This document shows positions 33,538-42,750 of a DNA stretch of 59,880 nt, piece by piece. A model generated the notes under the pieces. The model did no database searches. It saw only the letters and a program-made list of their open reading frames with translations, and was not told the origin of the DNA. The DNA is from Minisyncoccota bacterium (GTDB taxonomy: Bacteria > Patescibacteriota > Minisyncoccia > Phycocordibacterales > CAIJYI01): the NCBI GenBank assembly GCA_023229825.1, contig JALNYN010000004.1:1-59880 (forward strand). The letters are read 5' to 3'. How positions within the stretch are numbered: the first letter of the stretch is position 1; each line of letters starts with the position of its first letter. Position numbers and translations under genes: made by a program.

Positions 33538-34194
33538 CTATACTTGTTCTAGCTTAAAATGTTTTCGCAACTCTGCGTCTTTAGTGAGGTGTGTTACTTC
33601 CATTATCTCAACGAAGTCCCCCACTCCGAAATAATCCGCCACAAACAAAACTTCTTTTTCGCACGGATACGGATACACCCAAACACTTTTTTGATATTGA
33701 TAAAAACCGAGCGCGCGGAGACGAAAGCGAAGCGCATCGCGAGCGCGAGTGTGATTCACAGGAATATCAAAAAGCACGAACCGCCATTTTCCGTCCCATT
33801 TTTCCGGATCAGGGATGCATGAGTCTTCAAAAAGAATTTTTTCAAAATACTTTTTTCCTTTTTCTGTCAGGACAACGCGTGGTTTTCCTTGAGAATCTGT
33901 TTTCTCCTCTATATAACCTCGTTTTTTTAAATTTCGTGATGCTTCCCACAACTGTCTTTTACTGTACCTTTTTGACCTATTGTATTCTCCTGCGAGGCGA
34001 GATAACCCGGGAGCAACCGCCAGAATAGTCGTTATTCCTGCGAGAGCGACAAGAGCCAGAGCAATTACAGTGATACGAGCCGGCATGGTTTCGGAGTTGA
34101 GAAAATCTTTTGCTTTTTTTGTTAAAGAAATGGCTTTTGTTTTCGGTCTTTTTGTATCTCCTTTTTTGCTATTTCGTATTTTTTGCATCTTCAT
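33538..34194 (-). CDS. PaaX-like protein: basic N-terminus + TM + winged helix + Cas2-like ferredoxin-fold domain
   Basis: ...WDGKWRFVLFDIPVNHTRARDALRFRLRALGFYQYQKSVWVYPY is typical of the PaaX C-terminal / Cas2-like fold. The TM is ITVIALALVALAGITTILAV. Confidence 0.6.
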   Translation of the reverse strand: MKMQKIRNSKKGDTKRPKTKAISLTKKAKDFLNSETMPARITVIALALVALAGITTILAVAPGLSRLAGEYNRSKRYSKRQLWEASRNLKKRGYIEEKTDSQGKPRVVLTEKGKKYFEKILFEDSCIPDPEKWDGKWRFVLFDIPVNHTRARDALRFRLRALGFYQYQKSVWVYPYPCEKEVLFVADYFGVGDFVEIMEVTHLTKDAELRKHFKLEQV

Positions 34195-34210
34195 CTTTTT
34201 ATTATATCAC

Positions 34211-34248
34211 AGTCGTTCATATTTCGCATATGCGAAATATGAACGACT
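34211..34248. promoter_or_regulatory. Perfect 38-bp palindrome just upstream of the PaaX-like gene (candidate operator)
   Basis: agtcgttcatatttcgcatatgcgaaatatgaacgact lies 17 nt upstream of the start codon at 34194. Confidence 0.45.
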
Positions 34249-34318
34249 AAAATATTTGTGGAAAGTAAAGGCAACAATAAAAAAGAAAGAATGAAAAAAT
34301 ATGGGGTATAAAAAATCA

Positions 34319-34356
34319 CCCGCTGCCGAAATTCTGGCAGCGGGTGGGGTTTAGTC
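34319..34356 (-). terminator. Rho-independent terminator after ftsH
   Basis: CACCCGCTGCC-N7-GGCAGCGGGTG followed by a T-run on the minus strand. Confidence 0.7.
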
Positions 34357-34394
34357 CGAAGGGAGATAATTTTCACGAAACGCTTGCGCGGTCG

Positions 34395-36443
34395 TTATTC
34401 TTGCTTCCCTTCGTGTAAGTCTTTTTCAATAACGGGCGTCACAGCAGGTTTTTCCACAAACCCGACAGGTACCGGAATCTCTCCAGATTCCATGGTCTTA
34501 CCTTCCATGACCGCATCAATTTGAGGAACTCCGATAGTTTCCCATTTCAGGAGAGCTTCGGTCATGACGGTCAATTCTGCGTCATGAGCATGAAGCATCT
34601 CTTCGGCTTCTTTATATATCTTATCGATAATAAAGTCGATCTCGTCATCAATAGCTTTTGCTTTAGCCTGAGAGGTTTGGCTTTGGAACGTTCCACTACC
34701 GCCAAGGAACTGCGGTCCATTACCCTCTTCTACAAATGAACGAACGCCAAGTTTGGACAAACCCCAAGCGACAACGAGTCGTTTCGCCAAGTCCGTCGCC
34801 CTCATTATGTCATTGGAAGCACCGGTTGTTACTCCGTCTTCTCCTACACGCATCACTTCCGCAACTCGACCGCCATACAATGATCGTATCTGGCTATGCA
34901 ATTTTTCCTTACTTGCGCTATATTCATCGCGTTCAGGCAAGAAAAAGGTCAAACCAAGTGCACCACCGCGAGGGGTAATGCTCACTTTATATACCGGAGG
35001 ATGATTTTTTGACAACCGACCGACAATAGCATGTCCCGCTTCATGCGCAGCAGTAAGCCATTTCTCCTCATCGTTCATTACCATGGTTTTATTTTCCGGA
35101 CCAAGCAAGACTTTGTCTTTCGCTTTTTCCAAGTCAGTCATGGTGACTACCGTTCTTTTTTCACGAGCGGCGATGAGAGCGGCCTCATTACAGATATTGG
35201 CAATATGAGCGCAAGACATCCCAGTGGTTCCTCTTGCCAAGTCCAACAGCACAACATCGGAATCCAATTTTTTATTGCGTGTATGAACTTTAAAAACCTC
35301 TACACGTCCAAGCATATCGGGATTATTCAATGTGATCTGTCTATCGAAACGACCTGGGCGCATCACTCCTTTATCAAGTACATCCGGACGGTTGGTCGCG
35401 GCCATAACGATAACGCCTTCCAACCCATCAAAACCATCCATTTCGACAAGTATCTGGTTCAGTGTTTGCTCTCGTTCATCATTATTATTGCCGACGTTTC
35501 CGCCTCTTTGTCGTCCAACAGCGTCAAACTCATCAATAAAAATAATACAAGGAGCTTTCTCTTTTGCTTGTTTGAACAGATCTCGAACGCGTGACGCGCC
35601 GACACCGACAAACATTTCAACAAAATTAGAGCCGGATATACTGAAAAATGTTATCTTTTTTGCTGCTTCCTTATCATTTTTTTTCAGTTCCTTGAACTTT
35701 GCATTTATTTCACCGGCCACGGCGCGAGCGATCAAGGTTTTACCGGTACCAGGAGGTCCAAGTAACAAAATCCCATGCGGTATTTCACCGCCTGCTTCCG
35801 TAAACAAGCTTGGATCCAGAAGTGATTCGGTCATTTCCCAAATAGATTCCTTTGCATCATCACATCCGGCAACACTAGCGAATGTTTCCTTAATTTTGTC
35901 AGTATCGTCAACTATCGCCCCTTTCGCTTTTCCAAATTCCTGAGCACCGCCAGCACCGCCCATTCCGCCTTTTTTACCGAAATAAAAGTAGCCGATCATC
36001 CCGACAAAAACTATCATCACTAATGTGCCGGGAGTGAAAAATCCCTCGATAAAACTTGGAGGGGGTGGCGGCGCTTTTACTATGACTTTCAGATCGGGTT
36101 GGTCGGTCAATATTTTCATTAACCCGGGATCACCGCCGTAGTATGTTTTATAGGGCTTTGCGTCCGCACCTTTCGGTACTACGATCAAACCCATGCTGCC
36201 GTCCGAGAGGATCGTGACTTGGGCTATTTTTCCGTCTTTCACGTCTTGCAAGAACTCGCTGTAGGCCGGATCAACCGGATTTTTAGCTTTCTGAACTTGT
36301 TCGGTTGGAGTTCCGGTATTTACCGGGTCGGTTTGGTCGTTTAGCGACCATGGATGCTGCCAGAGCACCAATGCCAAAAGCAGCATCGCATAGATGAGCC
36401 ATCTTGGATATTTTGGCTTATCCGGCAAATTATTTTCACTCAT
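34395..36443 (-). CDS. ftsH: ATP-dependent zinc metalloprotease FtsH
   Basis: GPPGTGKTLIARAVAGE, ...FIDEFDAVG..., the SRH region and HEAGHAIVG. It contains a roughly 20-aa K-rich insert after Walker A. Confidence 0.97.
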   Translation of the reverse strand: MSENNLPDKPKYPRWLIYAMLLLALVLWQHPWSLNDQTDPVNTGTPTEQVQKAKNPVDPAYSEFLQDVKDGKIAQVTILSDGSMGLIVVPKGADAKPYKTYYGGDPGLMKILTDQPDLKVIVKAPPPPPSFIEGFFTPGTLVMIVFVGMIGYFYFGKKGGMGGAGGAQEFGKAKGAIVDDTDKIKETFASVAGCDDAKESIWEMTESLLDPSLFTEAGGEIPHGILLLGPPGTGKTLIARAVAGEINAKFKELKKNDKEAAKKITFFSISGSNFVEMFVGVGASRVRDLFKQAKEKAPCIIFIDEFDAVGRQRGGNVGNNNDEREQTLNQILVEMDGFDGLEGVIVMAATNRPDVLDKGVMRPGRFDRQITLNNPDMLGRVEVFKVHTRNKKLDSDVVLLDLARGTTGMSCAHIANICNEAALIAAREKRTVVTMTDLEKAKDKVLLGPENKTMVMNDEEKWLTAAHEAGHAIVGRLSKNHPPVYKVSITPRGGALGLTFFLPERDEYSASKEKLHSQIRSLYGGRVAEVMRVGEDGVTTGASNDIMRATDLAKRLVVAWGLSKLGVRSFVEEGNGPQFLGGSGTFQSQTSQAKAKAIDDEIDFIIDKIYKEAEEMLHAHDAELTVMTEALLKWETIGVPQIDAVMEGKTMESGEIPVPVGFVEKPAVTPVIEKDLHEGKQE

Positions 36444-36598
36444 GTGAATTACCTCCTTTCTTCGGAATATGAAATTTCAAAGATCTTTTCCTTTCTTCTT
36501 GTTACAGTATCCTCTAATGTATACCCTTTCATAAAAGAGTGTCTGTGTCAAGACGGCCGTTCAGCGAAAAATTCGGCTCCTTCATGTCGGACATGCAA

Positions 36599-36626
36599 GA
36601 AAAAATGCGCCCGCATAGGGGCGCAT
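36599..36626 (-). terminator. Rho-independent terminator after 36643..36837
   Basis: ATGCGCCC-N-GGGCGCAT followed by a T-run on the minus strand. Confidence 0.7.
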
Positions 36627-36642
36627 TATTGCGGTGAGATCA

Positions 36643-36837
36643 TTAGTCTGTAATGACCTCATGACCGCGTAAATCAAGGGTGTTCTCTGTTTTAGGCATC
36701 AATTCTTCTGCCTGTTGTTGATCTTCCGCCTGTTTCTGAATGGCTATTTTTTTATCATGGCATTCACCCTGCGTTAGTATGCATGCTGCCATTGCATGTT
36801 CGCATTCGGCGCATGGGTCTTGTGTTTTGTCTAACAT
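36643..36837 (-). CDS. Small Cys/His-rich protein (64 aa)
   Basis: MLDKTQDPCAECEHAMAACILTQGECHDKK.... RBS AGAGGTGA, its own promoter and its own terminator. Confidence 0.5.
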   Translation of the reverse strand: MLDKTQDPCAECEHAMAACILTQGECHDKKIAIQKQAEDQQQAEELMPKTENTLDLRGHEVITD

Positions 36838-36881
36838 GACGCTCACCTCTTTTGGCTGTTGACTAAGTTATTTCTGTTTGA

Positions 36882-36910
36882 ATCATACCATATCGCTGTT
36901 TCAAAGTCAA
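36882..36910 (-). promoter_or_regulatory. Sigma70-type promoter for the small Cys-rich gene
   Basis: The minus strand reads TTGACT - 17 nt - TATGAT. Confidence 0.5.
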
Positions 36911-36931
36911 TATTTCCGTTTTCATCGCAGC

Positions 36932-37957
36932 TTAAAAAATCCGCCGTAAAAGATCGAGGAAAATATCGTACCACTTCGGCTTGAACATTTCCGGAACAAA
37001 CACGTCCGCATCGGATTTCCAGTCTTCGAGAATTTTTCGTAGGTCGCGTATCATGGCAGACCGCGTAAAGAACACCCCCGCCTCCGCGTTCCAGCCGAAA
37101 GAGATCGGGTCGAGATTCCCGGAACCAACCATGCCGATAGTATCATCTATTAAAAGCGCCTTAGCGTGATTCATTTCGTGTGACAGATAAGCGATCGCGC
37201 CGAGCTTGGCAAAAAAAGCGATCTGGAAATAATTCATGTGGTTCACAATGCCGTAATCGGTCTTTTCGGGTATGATGATCTCAACCCGCACTCCGCGCAG
37301 GATCGCCTCGTGAAGGCGCGCCAAAAGCCACCGTCTCGGAAAAAAGTACGGGGTAACTACAGTGATAGAATGCTGCGCCTTAGCAATATGCTGTTCATAC
37401 TGCTCTCTGATCTCAAGCCACTTCCCTCCGATACCATGTTCAGTAAACCACGTCCGCGCTTTTCGCAAGATCGGCTTCTTACCGAGACGGGCTCGAATGT
37501 CTTCACTTTTTCCTCCGCACTCTTTGTAGACGCGTGCAAAAGAACGCAAGGATGAGGAGAGAATCTTTCTTCCGGTCACCCGTACCTGCAGATCTTTCCA
37601 TGGCGCATACGTTCCCCTGATATTCACTCCGCCGAGAAAAACAACGCTTTCATCAACAATGAGAGTCTTTCGATGCAATCGACGAAACCAATAACTGAAA
37701 AAAAGCACTTCGCCGCCGGCCTTGCGGAGACCGTCGATCGCCCGCGAATCCACGCCAAAACTTCCGAACGAGTCCAAAATGAGAACCACTCGAACTCCCT
37801 CGCGGGCTTTTTTCTCTAAAACAGCAAAAAAATTGTATCCTACCGTGTCATTCTGAAAAATATACATTTCCAAATAAATGCTTTTTTTGGCGGAGGCGAT
37901 GGCATTGATCATCCCCTTCCATGCGGATTTTGAGGTGGTGTAAAAACGATAGCGCAT
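36932..37957 (-). CDS. Phospholipase D-family protein (cardiolipin-synthase-like, no TM)
   Basis: Two HKD motifs: LHRKTLIVDESVVFLGGVN and NHAKALLIDDTIGMVGSGNLD. Confidence 0.8.
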   Translation of the reverse strand: MRYRFYTTSKSAWKGMINAIASAKKSIYLEMYIFQNDTVGYNFFAVLEKKAREGVRVVLILDSFGSFGVDSRAIDGLRKAGGEVLFFSYWFRRLHRKTLIVDESVVFLGGVNIRGTYAPWKDLQVRVTGRKILSSSLRSFARVYKECGGKSEDIRARLGKKPILRKARTWFTEHGIGGKWLEIREQYEQHIAKAQHSITVVTPYFFPRRWLLARLHEAILRGVRVEIIIPEKTDYGIVNHMNYFQIAFFAKLGAIAYLSHEMNHAKALLIDDTIGMVGSGNLDPISFGWNAEAGVFFTRSAMIRDLRKILEDWKSDADVFVPEMFKPKWYDIFLDLLRRIF

Positions 37958-37967
37958 GACAGTTAAA

Positions 37968-38049
37968 AGTTTATCAAGTTCATCAAGTTTATAAAGGACG
38001 AACGATGACGACGGACTTTATAACTTGATGGACTTTCTACTTGATGAAC
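37968..38049. repeat. Stuttered-arm hairpin, word ATCAAGTT
   Basis: agtttatcaagttcatcaagtttataaagg - acgaacgatgacgacgg - actttataacttgatggactttctacttgatgaac. The right arm encodes the C-terminal tail of 38018..38767. A related half-copy lies at about 4511..4545. Confidence 0.8.
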
Positions 38050-38767
38050 AGAGGAATTCTTTTCTCTTTTCTTCCGGAAACCTTTCGATCGCGTATCTTA
38101 ACATGGTTCTCGGCATATTCCCCGCGTGTTTTTTCAGAAATTCTTCCTCAACAGACTGATCTCGCTTGCCGATCTCTCGAAGCATCCAGCCGACGGCTTT
38201 ATGGATGAGATCGTGCCGGTCATGAACCAGTATTTCTGCGATCTCAAGCGATTCAACAAAACTATTGTACTTTATATATTGAAATGTTGCGAGCACCGCA
38301 ATGCGCCGTTCCCATAAATTTTCGGATCGGGCGATTTTTTTCAAGAGCGAAATGTCCCGCCGGACGCGGGTCTCTGACCCCGTCTTCCAAAGATACTCCC
38401 CGATGATCTTCGGTGCTGAAAGGTCTATCAAGTCCCAGTTGTTGATATGCATCGTGTTCGCCAGGTACAGCGAAAAAATTTTCTTTTTTGTTTCGGCATC
38501 GCCTTTTTCAAATTGATGAATGAGGATAAAAAGAGCAATAAGGCGTTCTTCGTGATATTTTGAGTGAAGAAGTTTTTCGACATCAGAGATCGAAAGATCA
38601 GAAAATTTTTTCGCGATTACCCGTTGGACCGGAACCATGATACCGAGAAACAGATCGCCATCGGCATATTCGCCTTTTCCGGTTTTGAAAAAACGCATCA
38701 AAAGCGCTGCTTTTTGAGGATCAGCATGAGAACGGATCTCTTTTTGTAGTTCTGTAAAATTTATCAT
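38018..38767 (-). CDS. DNA alkylation repair protein (AlkD/AlkC-like HEAT-repeat family)
   Basis: ...LMRFFKTGKGEYADGDLFLGI..., ...INNWDLIDLSAPKIIG..., ...NLWERRIAVLATF..., ...HKAVGWMLRE. Confidence 0.75.
   Translation of the reverse strand: MINFTELQKEIRSHADPQKAALLMRFFKTGKGEYADGDLFLGIMVPVQRVIAKKFSDLSISDVEKLLHSKYHEERLIALFILIHQFEKGDAETKKKIFSLYLANTMHINNWDLIDLSAPKIIGEYLWKTGSETRVRRDISLLKKIARSENLWERRIAVLATFQYIKYNSFVESLEIAEILVHDRHDLIHKAVGWMLREIGKRDQSVEEEFLKKHAGNMPRTMLRYAIERFPEEKRKEFLCSSSRKSIKL
38358..38384 (+). repeat. GC hairpin repeat (copy 3), embedded in frame in the AlkD-like CDS
   Basis: cgccggacgcgggtctctgaccccgtc is translated on the minus strand as ...KTGSETRVRRD.... Confidence 0.75.
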
Positions 38768-38775
38768 GCGTTTCT

Positions 38776-38920
38776 ACAATTTTCAATTTCCAATTTTTAA
38801 TTTTCAATCAATTTTCAATGTTTCAATTTTTAATTTTCAAACGCGAACGACGCCGTTGAGTTTGAAAATTTTTTATTGAAAATTCATTGAAAATTGGAAA
38901 TTTGTAAATTGAAAATTTTA
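38776..38920. mobile_element. AT-rich MITE-like element (TTTTCAA word family, copy F2)
   Basis: caattttcaatttccaatttttaattttcaa ... centre aacgcgaacgacgccgttgag ... cattgaaaattggaaatttgtaaattgaaaatttt. The ends match copy F1. Confidence 0.55.
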
Positions 38921-38923
38921 TTC

Positions 38924-40024
38924 TCATTTTATCACCGACTCAAGCGGTACTCCTCGCTCCACCGAAATAATTTCAAATCTTTCCCTGCCAAGTACCTGCC
39001 CTCGCTCATTAGTCACATCGACTCGCCATTTGCCCGGGAAAATATTGGTTTTTTCGGAATATCCGCGGTAGCCGCCGTCAGCACCGCCGTAAATGGGGAA
39101 ACGAATATTGGCGGAAACGACCCATGTATCCGCTTTCGGGTCATAATACTGCCAACTGTGGATGATATTCGTATTGAGCCTTGTAGGCGAAAAAACAGCG
39201 CTATAAAAATACAGCGATTCGCCCTGCACGACATGGATTTTTTCATAGAAATCTAAAACATCAAACGGTTTTTTTATTTCTTTCTGAAAAAAATATTTTC
39301 CGCTCGCCGTTCTTTCCATGTAATGATATATTCCGGCATCTTTGAGAGAGAGCGGGAGTGGCGGAATAAGATTGGTAAAATAGAAAAAATTGACAGCGAT
39401 AAATATTCCTCCGATGCTCGACGTAAGTTTAATCCGGTTTGCTCTTGCCTCCCTCGGCAAAAAGAAATACAAAAAATGGATGAATGCGCCGATCGCGAGG
39501 AGAGAGATCGCTCCGGAAAGAAGGAAAATGGAGTCACTGGTGTTCCCGATAATGATCGGAACGAAAGGGATCATCAGAAAATAAACGGTGGCGAAAAGAA
39601 TGCTGATCTGAAAATTCAGGCGAAGATATCGTTTTTTGAAAAATTCATTCCCGATAAAAAGCGCGATTATGATGATCAAAAAAGGCCAGCTTACCAAAAA
39701 AGACGCGCTCCTCGAATAAAAAATAGTCACCCCCGAGAAAAGATTTCCGAGAGAAAAAGGCACGATAAATTCCAGCCACTTGTTCTCTTTCCGAAGAAAT
39801 TTGAATCTCGACTCCCTGAAACGCGAAATATCCACCGCTATCACTCCCGCAGAGGCAACGAACAGCCATCCGAACAGAATTGTCATGTCTAGCAAGTTGT
39901 CGATTCGAGAAAGCGTCAAGCTGTCAAAAACAAATCCGATCGCAAAAAACACGACGGTTGCCAGCCGCTCATTTTCTTCCATCCATTTTTTCCAATATGC
40001 GATCGAGAGTTTTTTTGCGCTCAT
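38924..40024 (-). CDS. Polytopic membrane protein with a C-terminal DUF2914-like domain
   Basis: About 8 TM helices, then ...IIHSWQYYDPKADTWV...YRGYSEKTNIFPGKWRVDVTNERGQVLG. Confidence 0.7.
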   Translation of the reverse strand: MSAKKLSIAYWKKWMEENERLATVVFFAIGFVFDSLTLSRIDNLLDMTILFGWLFVASAGVIAVDISRFRESRFKFLRKENKWLEFIVPFSLGNLFSGVTIFYSRSASFLVSWPFLIIIIALFIGNEFFKKRYLRLNFQISILFATVYFLMIPFVPIIIGNTSDSIFLLSGAISLLAIGAFIHFLYFFLPREARANRIKLTSSIGGIFIAVNFFYFTNLIPPLPLSLKDAGIYHYMERTASGKYFFQKEIKKPFDVLDFYEKIHVVQGESLYFYSAVFSPTRLNTNIIHSWQYYDPKADTWVVSANIRFPIYGGADGGYRGYSEKTNIFPGKWRVDVTNERGQVLGRERFEIISVERGVPLESVIK

Positions 40025-40075
40025 ACAAAAACTATACACAAAAATAACATAAAAATCTAATTAAACGGTGCATGC

Positions 40076-40103
40076 GTGGATTCCAGCCTCCGAGGGAATG
40101 ACG
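40076..40103. repeat. Variant REP-like module GTGGATTCC-N-GGAATGACG
   Basis: gtggattccagcctccgagggaatgacg. Confidence 0.6.
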
Positions 40104-40114
40104 GGAATAATCAC

Positions 40115-42628
40115 CTATAGCGCTTTCTTATACGCTCGATAGAACATGGCTTTTGTCAGTTCTCCAAAAAGGAGATACGTAAATACGATGCCTGCAATAG
40201 AGACGAGAATGAACGGAGATAATGGCGCAAATCTTAAAAGCGTACTGATAGGCGTGAACGGGATGATCCACGCGAGAGTAACGATCCCGATGGTTGAACA
40301 AATGACCGGAAGGCTCGGCCAGCTTTTCCAAAATGGGACGCGTTTGGTTCGGATGATGTAAATAATGAGGACCTGCGTGGCAATGGATTCGATGAACCAG
40401 CCGGTTTGAAAGCCGGACGCGCCGAGCGAAAATACTTTATACAAAACGAAGAACGTAATGAAATCGAATATTGAGCTGACAAGTCCGAACACGGCAATGT
40501 ATTTTCCGAAAAAGCGCGTGTCCCATCGGAGAGGGTGAATGGTGTCTTCTTCGTCGGTGGAATCGGTGGAGAGCGTGGTCTGCGACATATCGTACATGAA
40601 ATTATTGAGGAGGATCTGCGCGGGGAGCATGGGCAGGAACGGGAGGAATGCCGACGCACCCATCATGGAGAACATATTGCCGAAGTTGGAACTGAATCCC
40701 ATTTTTATATACTTCATCGTATTTTGGAATGTTTTTCGCCCTTCGATGATGCCGTCCTTCAAAACCTCCAAACTTTTGTCGAGCAAAATAATGTCGGCGG
40801 TTTCTTTGGCGACATCTACCGCGTTGTTGACCGAGATGCCGACATCGGCCGCGCGAAGAACCGGCGCGTCGTTGATGCCGTCGCCTAAATATCCAACGAC
40901 GTTTCCTTGTTTGCGAAGAAGTACGACGATGCGCTCTTTTTGCTCCGGAGATACTCGTGCAAAAATGTTTACCTCTGCAACTTTTGCGGATAATTCCGAA
41001 TCGGAAAGTTCTGCGATCTCTTCACCATGCAAAACGCCTTTCACCGGAAGACCGATCTCTTTGCAGATGCGCTCCGTCAAAATTTCACTGTCGCCGGTCA
41101 GGACTTTCACCTCGATATGCAATCCTTCAAGCTCAACCAAAGTGGGAGCAACGCTTGTTTTTGGAGGATCGAGAAACGCGGCAAAACCCAGAAAAATAAG
41201 GCTGTTCTCCTCTTCTTTTTGATAAATAGACCTTTCTTCTTGAGGTATTCGCTTTTCCGCGATGGCGAGCACGCGATACCCTTCTCCGGAAAGCCGATTG
41301 TATTGCTGGTTGGCTTCTGCGGTCATCTCTTTGGTAAATTCCGCATCTTTGCCATCCTTGCGACACGCAAAACATTCTTCCAAAATATTTCTCGGGGCGC
41401 CTTTGCAAATGATCGTGCGTTCGCTGCCGCGGTCAATAACGACGGAATCTCTCCGCCGATGAAAATCAAACGGGATCTCATCGATTTTTTTATATTCCGA
41501 AATATCCATTTTACCGTGTTCTTCGATGGCAAGATCGATGGCGCTTCGCTTCGCCGTATGCATGACGCTCGAAAGATACGTTTGGGTGAACACCTCTTTC
41601 GATTCGACTCCCGATATGTCGACGCATTCGATCAGCGTGATCCGGTCTTGTGTGAGCGTTCCGGTTTTATCGGTACAGAGAATATTCATGCCGCCGAAGT
41701 TCTGGATCGCCGAAAGATTTTTCACGATCACTTTTTTCTCAGACATAACCATTGATCCGCGCGCGAGCGAAACCGACATGATCACCGGCAACAGCTCGGG
41801 GGTCAGACCGACGGCGATCGCGACGGAAAAGAGGAAGGAATCAAAAACATTGTGCTTCACTATCGCATTCAAGAAAAAAACCACGGTGACCATCACAAGC
41901 GTGAGGCGCATCACGAACACGCTGAAATTGCGGATGCCGCGATCGAAATCGGTTTCTTCGTCGGGTTTTGCGAGACGCTCCGCGATCCGGCCAAATTCTG
42001 CGTTTCCTCCGGTGCGAAGGACGACTGCCGTTGCGAATCCGGTAACCACGGAAGACCCCATAAAAACCGCTTTGTCGGAGCCGAGGGGAAGCTCTTCGCC
42101 CTTCGAGAGGAGCGCAGTTCCCTTTTCCCGATCTTCATATTTTTCAACAGGAAATGATTCGCCGGTGAGGGACGACTGATTCACAAAAAGATCATCTGCC
42201 GTCAAAACGCGGCAGTCTGCGGGAATGACGTTGCCAGCAGAAAGCTCGATGATATCGCCGGGAACGATCAGACGAAGCGGCACTTCTCGTATTTCCCCGT
42301 CGCGCCGCACGCTTACGGTCGAGGCAACCTTCTCCACCAGTTTTTCCGCCACGGCCTCCGATTTGCGCGTGTTCAAAAAATCCATCACAGCCGATAGGAA
42401 CACCATGGCAAGGATCACCGTAGCGCTCATCTTTTGGCCAAGAAAGAGCGAAACGATCGAGGTTGCGATAAGCATGAGGAGCAGCGGGCTGTTGAATTTT
42501 TTCACGAAAGCGACGAGCGGACGAAGCCGAGCTTTGTGATAAATAACATTCTCGCCATATTCAAGAAGACGGCGCTTGGCTTCCTTAGAGGAGAGGCCGC
42601 TGGGAAGCTTTGTGGTATTTGGCTGCAT
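40115..42628 (-). CDS. mgtA: P-type ATPase, Mg2+-importing (MgtA-like, type IIIB)
   Basis: TGESFPVEK, CTDKTGTLTQD, GDGINDAP and the SSNFGNMFSM segment that I recall as characteristic of MgtA. Confidence 0.85.
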   Translation of the reverse strand: MQPNTTKLPSGLSSKEAKRRLLEYGENVIYHKARLRPLVAFVKKFNSPLLLMLIATSIVSLFLGQKMSATVILAMVFLSAVMDFLNTRKSEAVAEKLVEKVASTVSVRRDGEIREVPLRLIVPGDIIELSAGNVIPADCRVLTADDLFVNQSSLTGESFPVEKYEDREKGTALLSKGEELPLGSDKAVFMGSSVVTGFATAVVLRTGGNAEFGRIAERLAKPDEETDFDRGIRNFSVFVMRLTLVMVTVVFFLNAIVKHNVFDSFLFSVAIAVGLTPELLPVIMSVSLARGSMVMSEKKVIVKNLSAIQNFGGMNILCTDKTGTLTQDRITLIECVDISGVESKEVFTQTYLSSVMHTAKRSAIDLAIEEHGKMDISEYKKIDEIPFDFHRRRDSVVIDRGSERTIICKGAPRNILEECFACRKDGKDAEFTKEMTAEANQQYNRLSGEGYRVLAIAEKRIPQEERSIYQKEEENSLIFLGFAAFLDPPKTSVAPTLVELEGLHIEVKVLTGDSEILTERICKEIGLPVKGVLHGEEIAELSDSELSAKVAEVNIFARVSPEQKERIVVLLRKQGNVVGYLGDGINDAPVLRAADVGISVNNAVDVAKETADIILLDKSLEVLKDGIIEGRKTFQNTMKYIKMGFSSNFGNMFSMMGASAFLPFLPMLPAQILLNNFMYDMSQTTLSTDSTDEEDTIHPLRWDTRFFGKYIAVFGLVSSIFDFITFFVLYKVFSLGASGFQTGWFIESIATQVLIIYIIRTKRVPFWKSWPSLPVICSTIGIVTLAWIIPFTPISTLLRFAPLSPFILVSIAGIVFTYLLFGELTKAMFYRAYKKAL

Positions 42629-42646
42629 GGGAAATAAATTTAAAAA

Positions 42647-42672
42647 CTTTTGACTTTTGACTTTTGACTTTT
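42647..42672. repeat. (CTTTTGA)n tandem repeat in the mgtA 5' leader
   Basis: cttttgacttttgacttttgacttttc. The same word recurs inside ileS at 19266..19300. Confidence 0.8.
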
Positions 42673-42703
42673 CCAGTATACCGCATTACTCCGATATTCG
42701 CGA

Positions 42704-42733
42704 CAAAAAACCGCGAACATTGTCCGCGGTTTT
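42704..42733 (-). terminator. Rho-independent terminator after 42751..43071
   Basis: ACCGCG-aacattgtc-CGCGGT followed by a T-run on the minus strand. Confidence 0.7.
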
Positions 42734-42750
42734 GTTATAAACTATCGATA

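Noticed and set aside
42629-42703. Mg2+ riboswitch (M-box) or MgtL-like leader peptide upstream of mgtA.
   Set aside because: The leader is only about 75 nt and is dominated by the (CTTTTGA)n repeat. I could not recognise M-box conserved elements or a Pro-rich leader ORF.
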